This document shows positions 9,037-18,900 of a stretch of 39,771 bases of DNA, piece after piece. Origin of the DNA: an uncultured Cytophagia bacterium (GTDB taxonomy: Bacteria > Zhuqueibacterota > Zhuqueibacteria > Oleimicrobiales > Geothermoviventaceae). The stretch is taken from contig CAYXFI010000002.1 in NCBI GenBank assembly GCA_964464205.1, positions 6,115 to 45,885 of the forward strand, written 5' to 3'. The notes below the pieces were generated by a model. That model was not told the origin of the DNA, ran no database searches, and worked only from the letters and a program-made list of their open reading frames with translations. The translations under genes were made by a program, and so were the position numbers. Position 1 is the stretch's first letter. Every line of letters starts with the position of its first letter.

Positions 9037-10248
9037 TCACGCTTCCTGAGCCCGGGGAATGCCGGTGCCCTTCGGGGGTGAGATCTCCAGAGGCTTCACA
9101 GGCAGGAGAATCGTGAACGTGGAGCCTTTACCGACTTCGCTTTCCAGCTCAACACGCCCCCCGTGCGCCTCCACGATGGTCTTCACGATGTTCAACCCAA
9201 GGCCCATGCCGCCACCCATGAAAGCGGTCTTCGACGTGGTGTGGTACAGACTGTCCTGCACTTCGTAGAACTTCTCGAAAATGCGCTCCTGCTCGTGCTC
9301 CGGGATCCCGATGCCGTTGTCTTCGACCGCTATGAAAACATCTCCATTTCGCTTGCCGGTCCGCACGACGATCCGTCCTTCGTCCGGCGTGAATTTGATG
9401 GCATTCTGGACCAGCTCCCGAACGGCGCGCCGAATCTTCAAGCGATCGAACTCAAAGAGCGGAAGCTCAGGGTCCAGTTCGAGGAGCAATTCCTGGCGTC
9501 GGGTCTCGATCGCCTCTTTCACCTCTTCCCGAACGATCTTGACCTCTTCATTGACGTCGGCCCGTTCGAAGTTCAACCCGATCACTCCGTTCTGAGCCAG
9601 GGCGATGGAATGCATGTCGTCGACGATCTGTTCGAGTTCTTCCAGGTTCTTGCGCAGGATCTCGTAGAACTGCTTTTTTTCTTCCTGACTCAAAGGCTCA
9701 TCGTTCAGGAGAAACTCCGCAAAGCTCTTGATGTTGCTGACCGGCGTGCGGAGCTCGTGGCTGGTGATGGCGAGGAACTTCTCCTTCACCTCGTGGAGCT
9801 CGCGCAAACGCTGGTTGGCCAGCCGGAGCAATTCGTTTTCCTCCTTAAGCTGAATTTCGTGGAAGCACCGCTCCACCGTCAGCTTGAGCTGCTCGAGATC
9901 CAGCGGTTTGAGGAGAAAGTCGTAAGCCCCGTTCTTCATCGCTTTGACGGCCACGTCTACGCTCGCGTAGGCAGTCATCACGATGAATTCGACGTAAGGC
10001 TTCTCGGCCTTCCCCCTCTCCACCAGTTGCACACCGTCTAAGCCCGGCATCTTGATGTCGGTGAGCACGATGTCGTAGTCTCTGTCCAGGAGTTTGGCCA
10101 GGGCTTCCTGTCCGTCGCACGCGGTGTCGGTTTCGTATCCTTGGCTGCGCAGGTACCGCGAGCAGATGGAACGGATCGATTCTTCGTCGTCAGCGATCAA
10201 GATGCTTGGCTTCTCTTTCAGATCCCTGTGGGACCCCGGATTGTTCAT
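9037..10248 (-). CDS. Receiver-histidine kinase (REC-HisKA-HATPase_c)
   Basis: The track ORF 9037..10584 is trimmed to ATG 10248, which is preceded by GGAGGA-AGCGC; the upstream 112 codons are R/P/G-rich and not protein-like. REC motifs: ILIADDEES, DIVLTDIKMPGLDG, IVMTAYAS, LLKPLD. H-box: FLAITSHELRTPVSNI. N/G boxes: LVQNAIKFT, VEDNGIGIP, GGMGLGLNIV. Confidence 0.9.
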   Translation of the reverse strand: MNNPGSHRDLKEKPSILIADDEESIRSICSRYLRSQGYETDTACDGQEALAKLLDRDYDIVLTDIKMPGLDGVQLVERGKAEKPYVEFIVMTAYASVDVAVKAMKNGAYDFLLKPLDLEQLKLTVERCFHEIQLKEENELLRLANQRLRELHEVKEKFLAITSHELRTPVSNIKSFAEFLLNDEPLSQEEKKQFYEILRKNLEELEQIVDDMHSIALAQNGVIGLNFERADVNEEVKIVREEVKEAIETRRQELLLELDPELPLFEFDRLKIRRAVRELVQNAIKFTPDEGRIVVRTGKRNGDVFIAVEDNGIGIPEHEQERIFEKFYEVQDSLYHTTSKTAFMGGGMGLGLNIVKTIVEAHGGRVELESEVGKGSTFTILLPVKPLEISPPKGTGIPRAQEA

Positions 10249-10457
10249 GCGCTTCCTCCTGCCCTCATGTGACCGAAGCTGGCTCAGAAGGACCTGGGCC
10301 GCCCTTCTGTCGATCGGATCGCGCGGGGGTTCGAATCTTCGAGGAGACCGTCGCCCTTCGCGTCGGGGAACGCACATGCCAGCGGGACGTTCCTCGCGGT
10401 GCGCAGGGAGGTTCGCACAAACTGTGCCCGTCGCTTTCGACGACCCCCACCAACACT

Positions 10458-11153
10458 TCAGCGTTGCGCCTCCGAAGTAGCTCCTTCGATGTCCACGATC
10501 TTCACCCCCTCGTGATACTCCCGAGTGGAGTAGCAGCGGATCGACTGGATCTTGTGGAGGATCTCCGTGGCCCTTCGGAGGCACGACTCTGCACCCTTGA
10601 GGTCCTCGAGGCTGACAATCTTGCGCCCGTCGTCGGTTTCCTCGCCCATTAGCATGAGGTACACGTGACCGATGGCCCCCGAAATGGGCTGGCTCAGTTC
10701 GTGCGCAGCCGCGCCCGCCATTTCCAGCACCGCCTTCAGGCGCTCAGCCTCCACCGCCTTCCCTTCGAGTTCCTTCAATCGGAACTGTACTTCGATGCGG
10801 GCCAGAACTTCACGCATGTCGAAGGGCTTGGTGATGTAATCGTTGGCACCCCGGCGAAGCCCTTCAATCTTGTCACCCATCTCCGCCTTTGCGGTGAGCA
10901 AGATCACAGGAATCCCCGAGTATTCCGCCTGAGAACGCAGCAGCCGGAGCAGAGTCAGGCCGTCGATTTTCGGCATCATGATGTCCAGCAAAATCAGATC
11001 GGGATAGAATTCCTGCAGCACCCGAAGCGCCGCCTCTCCGTCCTCGGCCGCCCTCACTTCGTAGCCGGCGTCGCTCAGTTCCATCACGAGCAGCTCACGA
11101 TTGAAAGCATCGTCCTCTACGACGAGCACCTTCTTGCCACCACCGTCGCTCAT
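10458..11153 (-). CDS. Response-regulator receiver fused to a DHp (HisKA-like) module, with no ATPase (CA) domain
   Basis: 231-aa ORF with ATG 11153 preceded by GGAGG-AAACG. REC motifs: VLVVEDDAFN, DLILLDIMMPKIDG, VILLTAKAE, DYITKPFD. A coiled linker leads to the H-box-like AGAAAHELSQPISGAIGHV. Only ~70 aa follow, with no N/G1/F/G2 boxes. Confidence 0.85.
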   Translation of the reverse strand: MSDGGGKKVLVVEDDAFNRELLVMELSDAGYEVRAAEDGEAALRVLQEFYPDLILLDIMMPKIDGLTLLRLLRSQAEYSGIPVILLTAKAEMGDKIEGLRRGANDYITKPFDMREVLARIEVQFRLKELEGKAVEAERLKAVLEMAGAAAHELSQPISGAIGHVYLMLMGEETDDGRKIVSLEDLKGAESCLRRATEILHKIQSIRCYSTREYHEGVKIVDIEGATSEAQR

Positions 11154-11323
11154 CGTTTCCTCCGTACCATCCGATCACGAAGTCCGCACCCGTCCCCCCC
11201 AGGCGGCGCTCACGAGCGCCCCGCTACGAATCGCCCGGCGCCCAAACGTGCGCAGACGGCCCACGCCCCGCCCTCTGCTCCTGCAAGCGGACCTTTCCGA
11301 TCCAACCACGCCCTGTGCTTGGC

Positions 11324-14300
11324 TCAGCGGGCTAAAGGCACACTCACCGTGAACGTGGATCCCACCCCGGGCTGGCTGACCAGCGTGACGTCGCCTCCGA
11401 GGAGCCGCGCCAACTTGCGACTGATGGCCAGACCCAGGCCAGTCCCCCCCGCGCGCCGCGTGGCCGATCCGTCCGCCTGCCGAAAGCTTTCGAACACCAG
11501 TTCTTGCTGCTCTTCTTCGATCCCGATGCCAGAATCGACGACGTCGATAAGAAGCTGCCCGGGGCCCTTGCGTACGCGCACCTCCACCCCTCCACTGTCG
11601 GTGAACTTGACTGCATTGGACAGCAAGTTCAGCAAAATCTGCTTCAGACGCAGCGGATCCGTCTGGACCTCCGGAAGACCTTCTGGAACATCCATTCGGA
11701 GTTCCAGTCCCTTCGAGCGCGCCGCAGGCTCGATCGTGGCAAGGCACGAAACCAGAACGCGGCGCAGGTCCACCGGCTTCACATCCACTTCCAGTCGCCC
11801 GGCCTCGATCTTCGAAAGGTCCAGCAGATCGTTGATGAGCTGTAACAAGTGCTCGCCGGAAGAGATCACCCGCCGCAGATTCTCGCGGCCCGCCTCGGAA
11901 AGACCCGTTTCTTCCTGGAGCACATGTCGCCCGTAGCCCAGAATGGCGTTGAGCGGCGTACGCAGTTCATGACTCACGTTCGAGAGGAATTGCGACTTGA
12001 GGTTGCTGGCCTCAAGTGCGCGGGCTGATTGAATCGCGAGATCTTCCGACGTCTTGACGACTTCGTCGAAGAGCCGCAAATTGCCGATTGTCGTACCGAG
12101 CTGAGCGGCGAGGGTGGCAAACGTGTTCAGGTCGTGTTCGGTGAAGCCATCCATTTCCGGGCTTTCAATGTTCAGGGCACCAATCACACCCTCTTGGCCC
12201 TGCAGTGGAATCACGAGTTCGGACCGGGACTGCGGATGCCACATCACGTACCGCGGGTCCGAAAGCACATCGGGCACGTAGATCGTGGACCCCGTCCGGA
12301 TTGCCGTACTCACGATGCCCTCTTCCACCGAGAGTCGCCTGCCCACGTAGGCAGTCGCATTTGGGCCCGATGCGGCCTTCACAACGTGGGCACGGCCGTC
12401 CTCCTCCATCAAATGAATGGAGCAGAGGAAATTGGGCATGTGTCGCTCAAACGTGTCGGTCACGGCCGTCAGCACGGCGTCCAGATCCATGCTGCTGAGA
12501 AAAGCGCGGCCCGCGTCGTGTAGCAGGTGAAGCCGCTCGGACTGGCGTTCGAGTCCCTCGACCATGCTGGCTCGGGACAGCGCAGCGCCGAGCTCCCGAC
12601 CCACCGCCGCGAGGAAGTCCACCTGCCAGTCCGGCAACGTTCCCTCCTCTGGCTCCACCGCCAGCAGAAACCCCCGAGAGGTCTCTCCCAGCAGGGGAGC
12701 GACGACAAACCGCGATCCCTCGCCGAAAACTTGCCGCCACACAGCCGGTGCCTGATCCGCGGTCAACCGCACCGGCCTCGTGTCCGCGCTCCGGTCCAGC
12801 ACGGTAGCCCACCCCCCGGAAGCGACCAGACTGTCGCGCAACACCCGGCTCAAGCGCCCCGGCACACCCGCCTGGGCAGCCAGCTCCGGAATTCCCACTT
12901 GTCCGTCGTACGTGTAGAGACAGACCGCCCGAGCGTCGGTCCGGCGCAGCAGCGACCGAGCCAATCCGCGGGCGAAGTTCCGGAATTGCGAGGCCGAGAC
13001 CCGCGAATGACCAATCCGCAGCAACAGCTCGTTCTGCTTGCGCCTTTCAATCGCCTCAGTTACGTCAACGATCGTGCCGATCACCCCCGCTGGTTCCCGC
13101 CCTTCCAGTTGGCCGAACGGGCTGCACGCAATGGCCAGGTGGCGACGCCGCCCATCGGCCGTCAGCCAACGGATGACGAAGGTCCGTCGTCCCTTGAGCC
13201 CTTTGCGGCGGAGCGCGCAGTGCGCACCGAAGCGCGTGCGCGATTGAAACGGACAGGGCTTGCCCAGCACCTCCTCCCGACGCATACCGGTGAGCTCAGC
13301 AACCTCGTGGTTCCACTGGGTCACCATACCAGACGAATCTACGGTGAAGATCCCGACGGGAGCCGTCTCCACCACGCTCTGGAGATAGCTCTTGCTCACG
13401 TTCAACTGCGCCACGGTGGCGCGCAGGTCGTCGGCGGTTCTCCGCAGGTCTTCTTCCAGCTCGCGCAGATGCGTCACGTCGACGAGCGTGACCACGTAGC
13501 CCTCTCCCTCGGCTGAAGGCACCACCCAACGCGACACACGTGCGTCGAGCCAGCGGCCATTCACCTGCACGGATGAGTGGAATGCCTGGCGGTCCCCATC
13601 CCGCCGCAGACTCTCCCGAACCTCCTCCCAGTCTCCGCACACCCACGGCAGGTCGCACAGGTGTTCGCCGACGAGTTCTTCCGGATCGAGCCCCAGCAGC
13701 TCGCGGCAGGCCAAACTCGCCTGTTCTATTCTCCCTTCCCCGTTCACCAGGAGCACCGCCGCTCCGGCGCTGTCAAGCACCGCCCGGAGCCGCGCCGCTT
13801 CTCGCCGGTACTGCAGGGTGCGCTCGTTCACCAGGTCTTCGAGCTGCTCGGAGTAACGTTGCAGTTTCTCATTGGCCTTTCGCAGTTCCTCGGTCCGTTC
13901 AGCTACGGTTTGCTCAAGCCGGCGCGCCTGCTCTTCCAGTTCCCCCTGCAGCTTCTTGATAGGCGTCACGTCCGTCGCCACAATCATCACCACAGGGTCG
14001 CCACCCGGCACTTCCAGCCTGGACGCCTCAAACAAGAACCAGCGAGGTCCCGCCGGTAGCTCGACCATCATCTCCTGCTGTGCGTGGCCTTGTCGCAGAA
14101 CCTGGTCGAATCCCACCCGCGCCGCCGAACGCCGGTCCGGGCCGAGCAGCTCCTCGTAGGATTTGCCAATCCACTCACCCGCGGGGTATCCCGTGACCGC
14201 CTCGAATGCAGGGTTGAGCCGCAGCAATCGACCGCGAGCATCCAGCAGAGCCACGATGGAATGGTTATCTTCGAAGAGGGTCCTGTAGAACGCCTCGCTG

Positions 14301-15931
14301 CGTTGCAAGCGTGCCTCGGTGTACACGTGAAGCACGATCTTGGCGAAGTGCTTCGTCAGGATCCTGAGGTCTTCGAGATCGTCGGAGCCCGGTTCCTCCC
14401 CTGCGGTGTGCAGGATCAACTTCCATCTGCGACCGGGACGGACCTCGAAGTCCACCTGCAGGAACCATCCGTCCACGGAGTCATCCACCCGGTCGGCCGG
14501 AACAATCTTCGAACTGGAGCCCGCGAATTGGTCCAGGCGATCAGCCCAGCGCAGGGCCTGCTCGCGGTCCACGGTACCCACGGCCACGGGTTCTCCTTTT
14601 GCAGGGATGAGTACTGCGGACTGGTATCCTTTGTTGGAGAGGAGAAGGGAAAGGGCATTTCGTAGACGCTCATCCGGATCGCCCTCGGAAACGACCGCAT
14701 CCCACATTTCCAACAGCAGTCGGGAGCGATCTACCTGACGCTCCTCCTGCCGACGCGTATTTTCGAGCTCCGTCACATCGCGCACCGTGTGCACGAGTAT
14801 TGCAGGCCTGCCGTTCGCGTCGGGGCACCAGCGAGCCCGTACCCACAGCCAGCGATCGCAGAAAGGCTCGTAGAACCTTTCTTCCCATACTTCGCGACTG
14901 CTCCTGAGCACTCGCACAGCCGGGCAGTAGGAAGGAGGGGCCGACGTGCCGTGGAAGAGTTCGTAGCACTTCCTGCCGCGCACTTCCTCCGCGGACACGC
15001 CGAGCAGCTCTTCGGCAGCGGGGTTCAGGTAGAAAATGGTGAAGTCCGATCTTTGGAGGGTGAACGCGTCGGGATTGTCCCGCACCGCGAGCTCGAACGC
15101 TCCCTCCAGTCCGTTCTCTTCTCCTTGCCGACCCAGGGCCGCCGCGGCAACCACCAGCGATGCCGCCTCAGACAGCAGTCGCTCCGTTCCGGGCGAAGGC
15201 TGAGCTGGCAATCGAACCGCCAGAAGTCCCGGAGGAGTGCCCTCGGCCGGGAGTGGCACCACCCACCACCCTCCAGCACCCTTCGCCGACCGCCGCGCTC
15301 CGCAGCGAAGTGCAGCGTGCCAGCCCGGTTTTCCGGATTCGACCCGTTTTCGTTCCCACTCCGAAGCGGGCCCGATGCCTTCTCGGCATCCCGCGTCGCT
15401 CCTCCAGTGGCAAAAGCGACCCTCCGAGGAACCCGCAGGGAGCCAATGTACGTGCACCTCCAACGCGCCAACGCGACGCCCGATGGCCTCTGCTGCCAGC
15501 CGGGAGAGCCCCCGAAGGCCATCCTCCCGGGAAAGCACGAGTTGAAGCCAGAGGAGCCAACCCCAGTCTCGGGAGGTGAGAGTCCCCACCTCCTCCGACT
15601 CTTCCCCAACCGGGAGATGCGTGACCTCCGGACCGACATTCTTGACCACCAGACCGACGAGCGAACCGTTCGAGCGGATCGGAGTCACGTCCAGGCCATG
15701 CTGCTGGAAAGTCCGGCGCAGCACGTCGGCGGAAGTCCTTGTCTCGCCATCGGAGTCGGCCTGATGTAGGGCCCAGCGGTACAGCTCCGATTCGTGGTCA
15801 GCAGGGGGACGCACCCGGCCTTCTTCCACCACCACAACACCGCCATCCCTTCCGCGCAGCACCAGCCAGAGCCCGGATCTTTCGTCCGAGCTCGTTCGGC
15901 GTTGAGGTTCTACCGAAATCGACGGGTTCAT
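11324..15931 (-). CDS. Large cytoplasmic multi-PAS/GAF sensor histidine kinase (HisKA-HATPase_c)
   Basis: 1535-aa ORF. Its ATG 15931-15929 overlaps the upstream TGA 15930-15928 (ATGA). Several PAS-like blocks (e.g. AFYRTLFEDNHSIVALLDARGRLLRLNPAFEAVTGY, LQSVVETAPVGIFTVDSSGMVTQWNHEVAELTGM). GAF block: ...RSELVIPLQGQEGVIGALNIES... H-box: FLSNVSHELRTPLNAILGY. CA boxes: LLNLLSNAVKFT, VVDSGIGIE, GGTGLGLAISRKL. No hydrophobic TM stretch seen. Confidence 0.9.
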   Translation of the reverse strand: MNPSISVEPQRRTSSDERSGLWLVLRGRDGGVVVVEEGRVRPPADHESELYRWALHQADSDGETRTSADVLRRTFQQHGLDVTPIRSNGSLVGLVVKNVGPEVTHLPVGEESEEVGTLTSRDWGWLLWLQLVLSREDGLRGLSRLAAEAIGRRVGALEVHVHWLPAGSSEGRFCHWRSDAGCREGIGPASEWERKRVESGKPGWHAALRCGARRSAKGAGGWWVVPLPAEGTPPGLLAVRLPAQPSPGTERLLSEAASLVVAAAALGRQGEENGLEGAFELAVRDNPDAFTLQRSDFTIFYLNPAAEELLGVSAEEVRGRKCYELFHGTSAPPSYCPAVRVLRSSREVWEERFYEPFCDRWLWVRARWCPDANGRPAILVHTVRDVTELENTRRQEERQVDRSRLLLEMWDAVVSEGDPDERLRNALSLLLSNKGYQSAVLIPAKGEPVAVGTVDREQALRWADRLDQFAGSSSKIVPADRVDDSVDGWFLQVDFEVRPGRRWKLILHTAGEEPGSDDLEDLRILTKHFAKIVLHVYTEARLQRSEAFYRTLFEDNHSIVALLDARGRLLRLNPAFEAVTGYPAGEWIGKSYEELLGPDRRSAARVGFDQVLRQGHAQQEMMVELPAGPRWFLFEASRLEVPGGDPVVMIVATDVTPIKKLQGELEEQARRLEQTVAERTEELRKANEKLQRYSEQLEDLVNERTLQYRREAARLRAVLDSAGAAVLLVNGEGRIEQASLACRELLGLDPEELVGEHLCDLPWVCGDWEEVRESLRRDGDRQAFHSSVQVNGRWLDARVSRWVVPSAEGEGYVVTLVDVTHLRELEEDLRRTADDLRATVAQLNVSKSYLQSVVETAPVGIFTVDSSGMVTQWNHEVAELTGMRREEVLGKPCPFQSRTRFGAHCALRRKGLKGRRTFVIRWLTADGRRRHLAIACSPFGQLEGREPAGVIGTIVDVTEAIERRKQNELLLRIGHSRVSASQFRNFARGLARSLLRRTDARAVCLYTYDGQVGIPELAAQAGVPGRLSRVLRDSLVASGGWATVLDRSADTRPVRLTADQAPAVWRQVFGEGSRFVVAPLLGETSRGFLLAVEPEEGTLPDWQVDFLAAVGRELGAALSRASMVEGLERQSERLHLLHDAGRAFLSSMDLDAVLTAVTDTFERHMPNFLCSIHLMEEDGRAHVVKAASGPNATAYVGRRLSVEEGIVSTAIRTGSTIYVPDVLSDPRYVMWHPQSRSELVIPLQGQEGVIGALNIESPEMDGFTEHDLNTFATLAAQLGTTIGNLRLFDEVVKTSEDLAIQSARALEASNLKSQFLSNVSHELRTPLNAILGYGRHVLQEETGLSEAGRENLRRVISSGEHLLQLINDLLDLSKIEAGRLEVDVKPVDLRRVLVSCLATIEPAARSKGLELRMDVPEGLPEVQTDPLRLKQILLNLLSNAVKFTDSGGVEVRVRKGPGQLLIDVVDSGIGIEEEQQELVFESFRQADGSATRRAGGTGLGLAISRKLARLLGGDVTLVSQPGVGSTFTVSVPLAR

Positions 15932-18900
15932 CCTGCTGCCTCAGCGCTGTCGTGCATCACCTGCCTCAGGAGCTCCCGAACATCTTCCATCAGGAAGGGC
16001 TTTTTCAACACGGGTCCGTTGAAATCCCTGAGAAAAGATTCCGTCTCCGGGCTGAGGAGGTCCCCCGTCATGATCACGGTCCGGGCCGCCATCTCCCGGC
16101 GTTCGGACTGAAGACGTCGAACGAACTCCGCCCCGCTCATCCCGGGCATTTTCATGTCGCAGAAGATCAGATCGTAGCCTTCGGCTTTCAGCCTGTCCAG
16201 CGCCTCTCGCGCGTCGGTCACGTGCTCGGCCCGGTAACCGAGGTGGGACAGAACCCGCGCCAGCACCTTGGACACGGCCTCTTCGTCGTCCACCACCAGC
16301 ACTCGCCGGGGGCTCAACGGGCTACATGCCTCTTCGCCCGCGACGTCCGCCACGGCTGTGGATTCGTTCGGTTTCGCCTCTCCCTCTACCAATCGGGGCA
16401 GTCTCACTTCAAACAATGTGCCTTCCGACGACGTCCGGACCAGCCGTATCTCGCCGCCGTGCTCATTCACGATGCCGTAGCACACCGAAAGCCCCAACCC
16501 GGTGCCTTTACCCACTTCCTTGGTGCTGAAGAAGGGATCCCAGATGCGGTGAACCACATCCTCGGGAATCCCCGGCCCGTTGTCCTCGACGCGGAGAACG
16601 ACGTCGTCGCCTTCCTTTCTGGTTTGGACCCGGATCCGCTTGTCCGCCTGTTCCGCGGGGAAAGCTTGATGCGCGTTCGAGATGAGGTTGATCACCACCT
16701 GCTGAAGCTGGGTTTCGTCGGCGAAGACGGCAGGAAGAGCAGGATCGAGATCGAGCTCAAGTTGGACCCCGTCCACGCGCAACGAGTAGCCATTGAGATC
16801 TGCCACCGACTGAACCACCTCGTTGAGGTTCACGTGCGTCTTCTCGGGCTTCTTGCCGCGGGCAAATTTCAGCAGGTTCTCGACGATGCGCTTGCAACGC
16901 AGCGCCTCGCGGTGGATCACTTCCAGGTCCTTCTTCGCCGAAGGATCCTCGATTTCCGACTCGAGCAACTGGGTGTAGCCCATGATCCCGGTGAGCGGGT
17001 TGTTGATCTCGTGCGCCACGCCCGAAATCAGCTGCCCCAGCGCAGCGAGTTTTTCCGTCTGAACCAATTGTGCCTGCATGGAGCGGAGCTGCGTGACGTC
17101 CTGTCCGAAGCCGATCGTTCCGATCGACCGGCCGTGCTCGTCGAGCAATTCGGTTTCCGTAAAGCGAAAACAGCTGCGACGGCCGTCTTTGCACGTCACC
17201 CACTTCTCCCACTCGCCGCCCGGTTCCAGCTCTCGATTCTCCTGGGGCCAGAAGATCTCGCGCCAGCGTCCTCCATCCAGGTCCTCCGGCGCGTAGCCAG
17301 TCAGCTCTCGCACCCGCCGGTTGCACACCAGCAACTTTCCGTCTCGACTGCCCCCCAGGATCAGCGCGCCAGCGTTCTTGATGATCCGCTCCGAGAAATC
17401 GCGTTCCCTCTTCAGCGCCGCTTCGTATTCTTTGTACCGCGACAGGTCGTGGAGCAGCACGAGGAATCCCGGCTGCCGGTCCATGCACGGGAAAGTGACC
17501 AGGCGGAGCTCAACCGGGACGATTCGGCCGTCCAGGCGCACAATCTCCATCTCGTGGGCTACGGGGGACTCCGGCAATTGTTGAATCAGCTCCTCCAGAA
17601 CCTGCCGATCGGTCGGCGAGTGCAGGAATTCCACCAGGGATTTGCCGATGATGGAGGTTGGCGAGCCACCGAGCGTTTCGAGCGTACGCAGATTGATTTC
17701 CAGAATCCGCCCCTCTCTGCTGAGTAGCAGCAGAGCGTTGGGTGCCACGTCGAACACCTGTCGGAATCGTTGCTCCGATCGCTGCAGAGCATCGAATAGC
17801 TCGCCCTTTTGCATTGCCGCGCTGGCGTGATGGGCGAGCGTGCGCACCGCTTTGAGCTGAGCCTCGTCGAATCCTTCCTCTGCGTTCAGCAACACGAGCA
17901 GGGCTTCGGGATCGGAGCCGTATTGGACGGGAAGTACCAGATAGTTCCTAACGCCGTCGCCGAAGAAAGGCAGACCCTCCACGTTGCCGTCTTGCCCCTC
18001 GCCGTAGATGCCGGACCCAAGGCCCATGCGCGCCAGGATGGCATCGCTCGGGCTCCAGGGCTCTTCCTTGTCCAGGAAACGCAACTCACCGCTCTCGAGG
18101 AGCGCGACAATCCGGTACTCGGCCGGTCTACTGCGGTCGCGGAGAGCGATGAACCCGGCTTCCGCTTTAGTCAGCTCCGCTGCTCCGCTCATCAGGCACC
18201 GCAGCACCTGCCGCGAGCCCGTGGCGTGGGCGAGCCGGTAAGTGTGCGTGTGCAGCAGGTCGAGGCGCCTCAGCTCCTGCAGAACCTGCCCGTGCGCCTT
18301 GCTGTTGGTGATGCCCAGCGCAAGGGTCGACGCAATCGCGCGGATGATTCCCTCTTCCTCACGCGAATAGCCTCCCACCCGTTTGCGACCCAGGTTGATA
18401 GCACCCAGCGCCTGATCACCGTGCACAAGCGGCACCACGAGAAAACTGCACGGCTCCACATTGGCCAGATTTGGATCGGCCCTCAGCGCTTCCTCGGAGC
18501 GGGAGTCCGTGACGTGGACTACCCGCTGTTCGCGCACCGCTTTGCCCGAGAAGTACTCGCCCAGCGGGATCGGGCTGAGCGCCCACCACCGACCCAGTTC
18601 GCCCAGACACGCCGCAAGGCGAAGCTCTTGCTTCCGCTCGTCGAGCAGGTAGATCTTGCCCATATCCGAGCTGCTCACCCGCATCGCCGAACGCAATCCA
18701 CTGGTCAGCACTTCTTCGAGATCCAGCGAGCGGCCGGTAGCCCGCGCCACTTCGGCCAGCGCTGCTAGCTGCCGGTTTCGCTGCTGCAGCTTTCGCAAAT
18801 TGCGTTTCCGTTCCGTGATGTCGCGAACGAAGGCCTGAATCCCCCGCTTCCCCTCATACTCCACCACCGACACCTCGAGCTCGACGTCTACGGGGGTGCC

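Noticed and set aside
10328-10337. GGTTCGAATC, a tRNA T-loop-like motif in the 210-nt gap between two kinase-cluster genes
   Set aside because: The flanking bases (CGGGG ... TTCGA) cannot form the 5-bp T-stem. I could not find acceptor or anticodon arms around it.
10249-10584. N-terminal 112-codon extension of the REC-kinase ORF
   Set aside because: The extension is R/P/G-rich (MPPKGHGDPPQDPVD...). The receiver domain begins right after the internal ATG 10248, which has a GGAGGA RBS.
15739-17727. 662-aa plus-strand ORF. The same applies to 10665..11936, 7682..9049, 12527..13516, 17809..18768, 27414..28826, 29938..31122 and 33108..34163 (plus strand), and to 21468..23288 and 23439..25001 (minus strand).
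   Set aside because: All lie antisense to genes with clear family motifs. All translate to R/H/P/G/Q-rich strings without recognisable domains. They are high-GC shadow ORFs.
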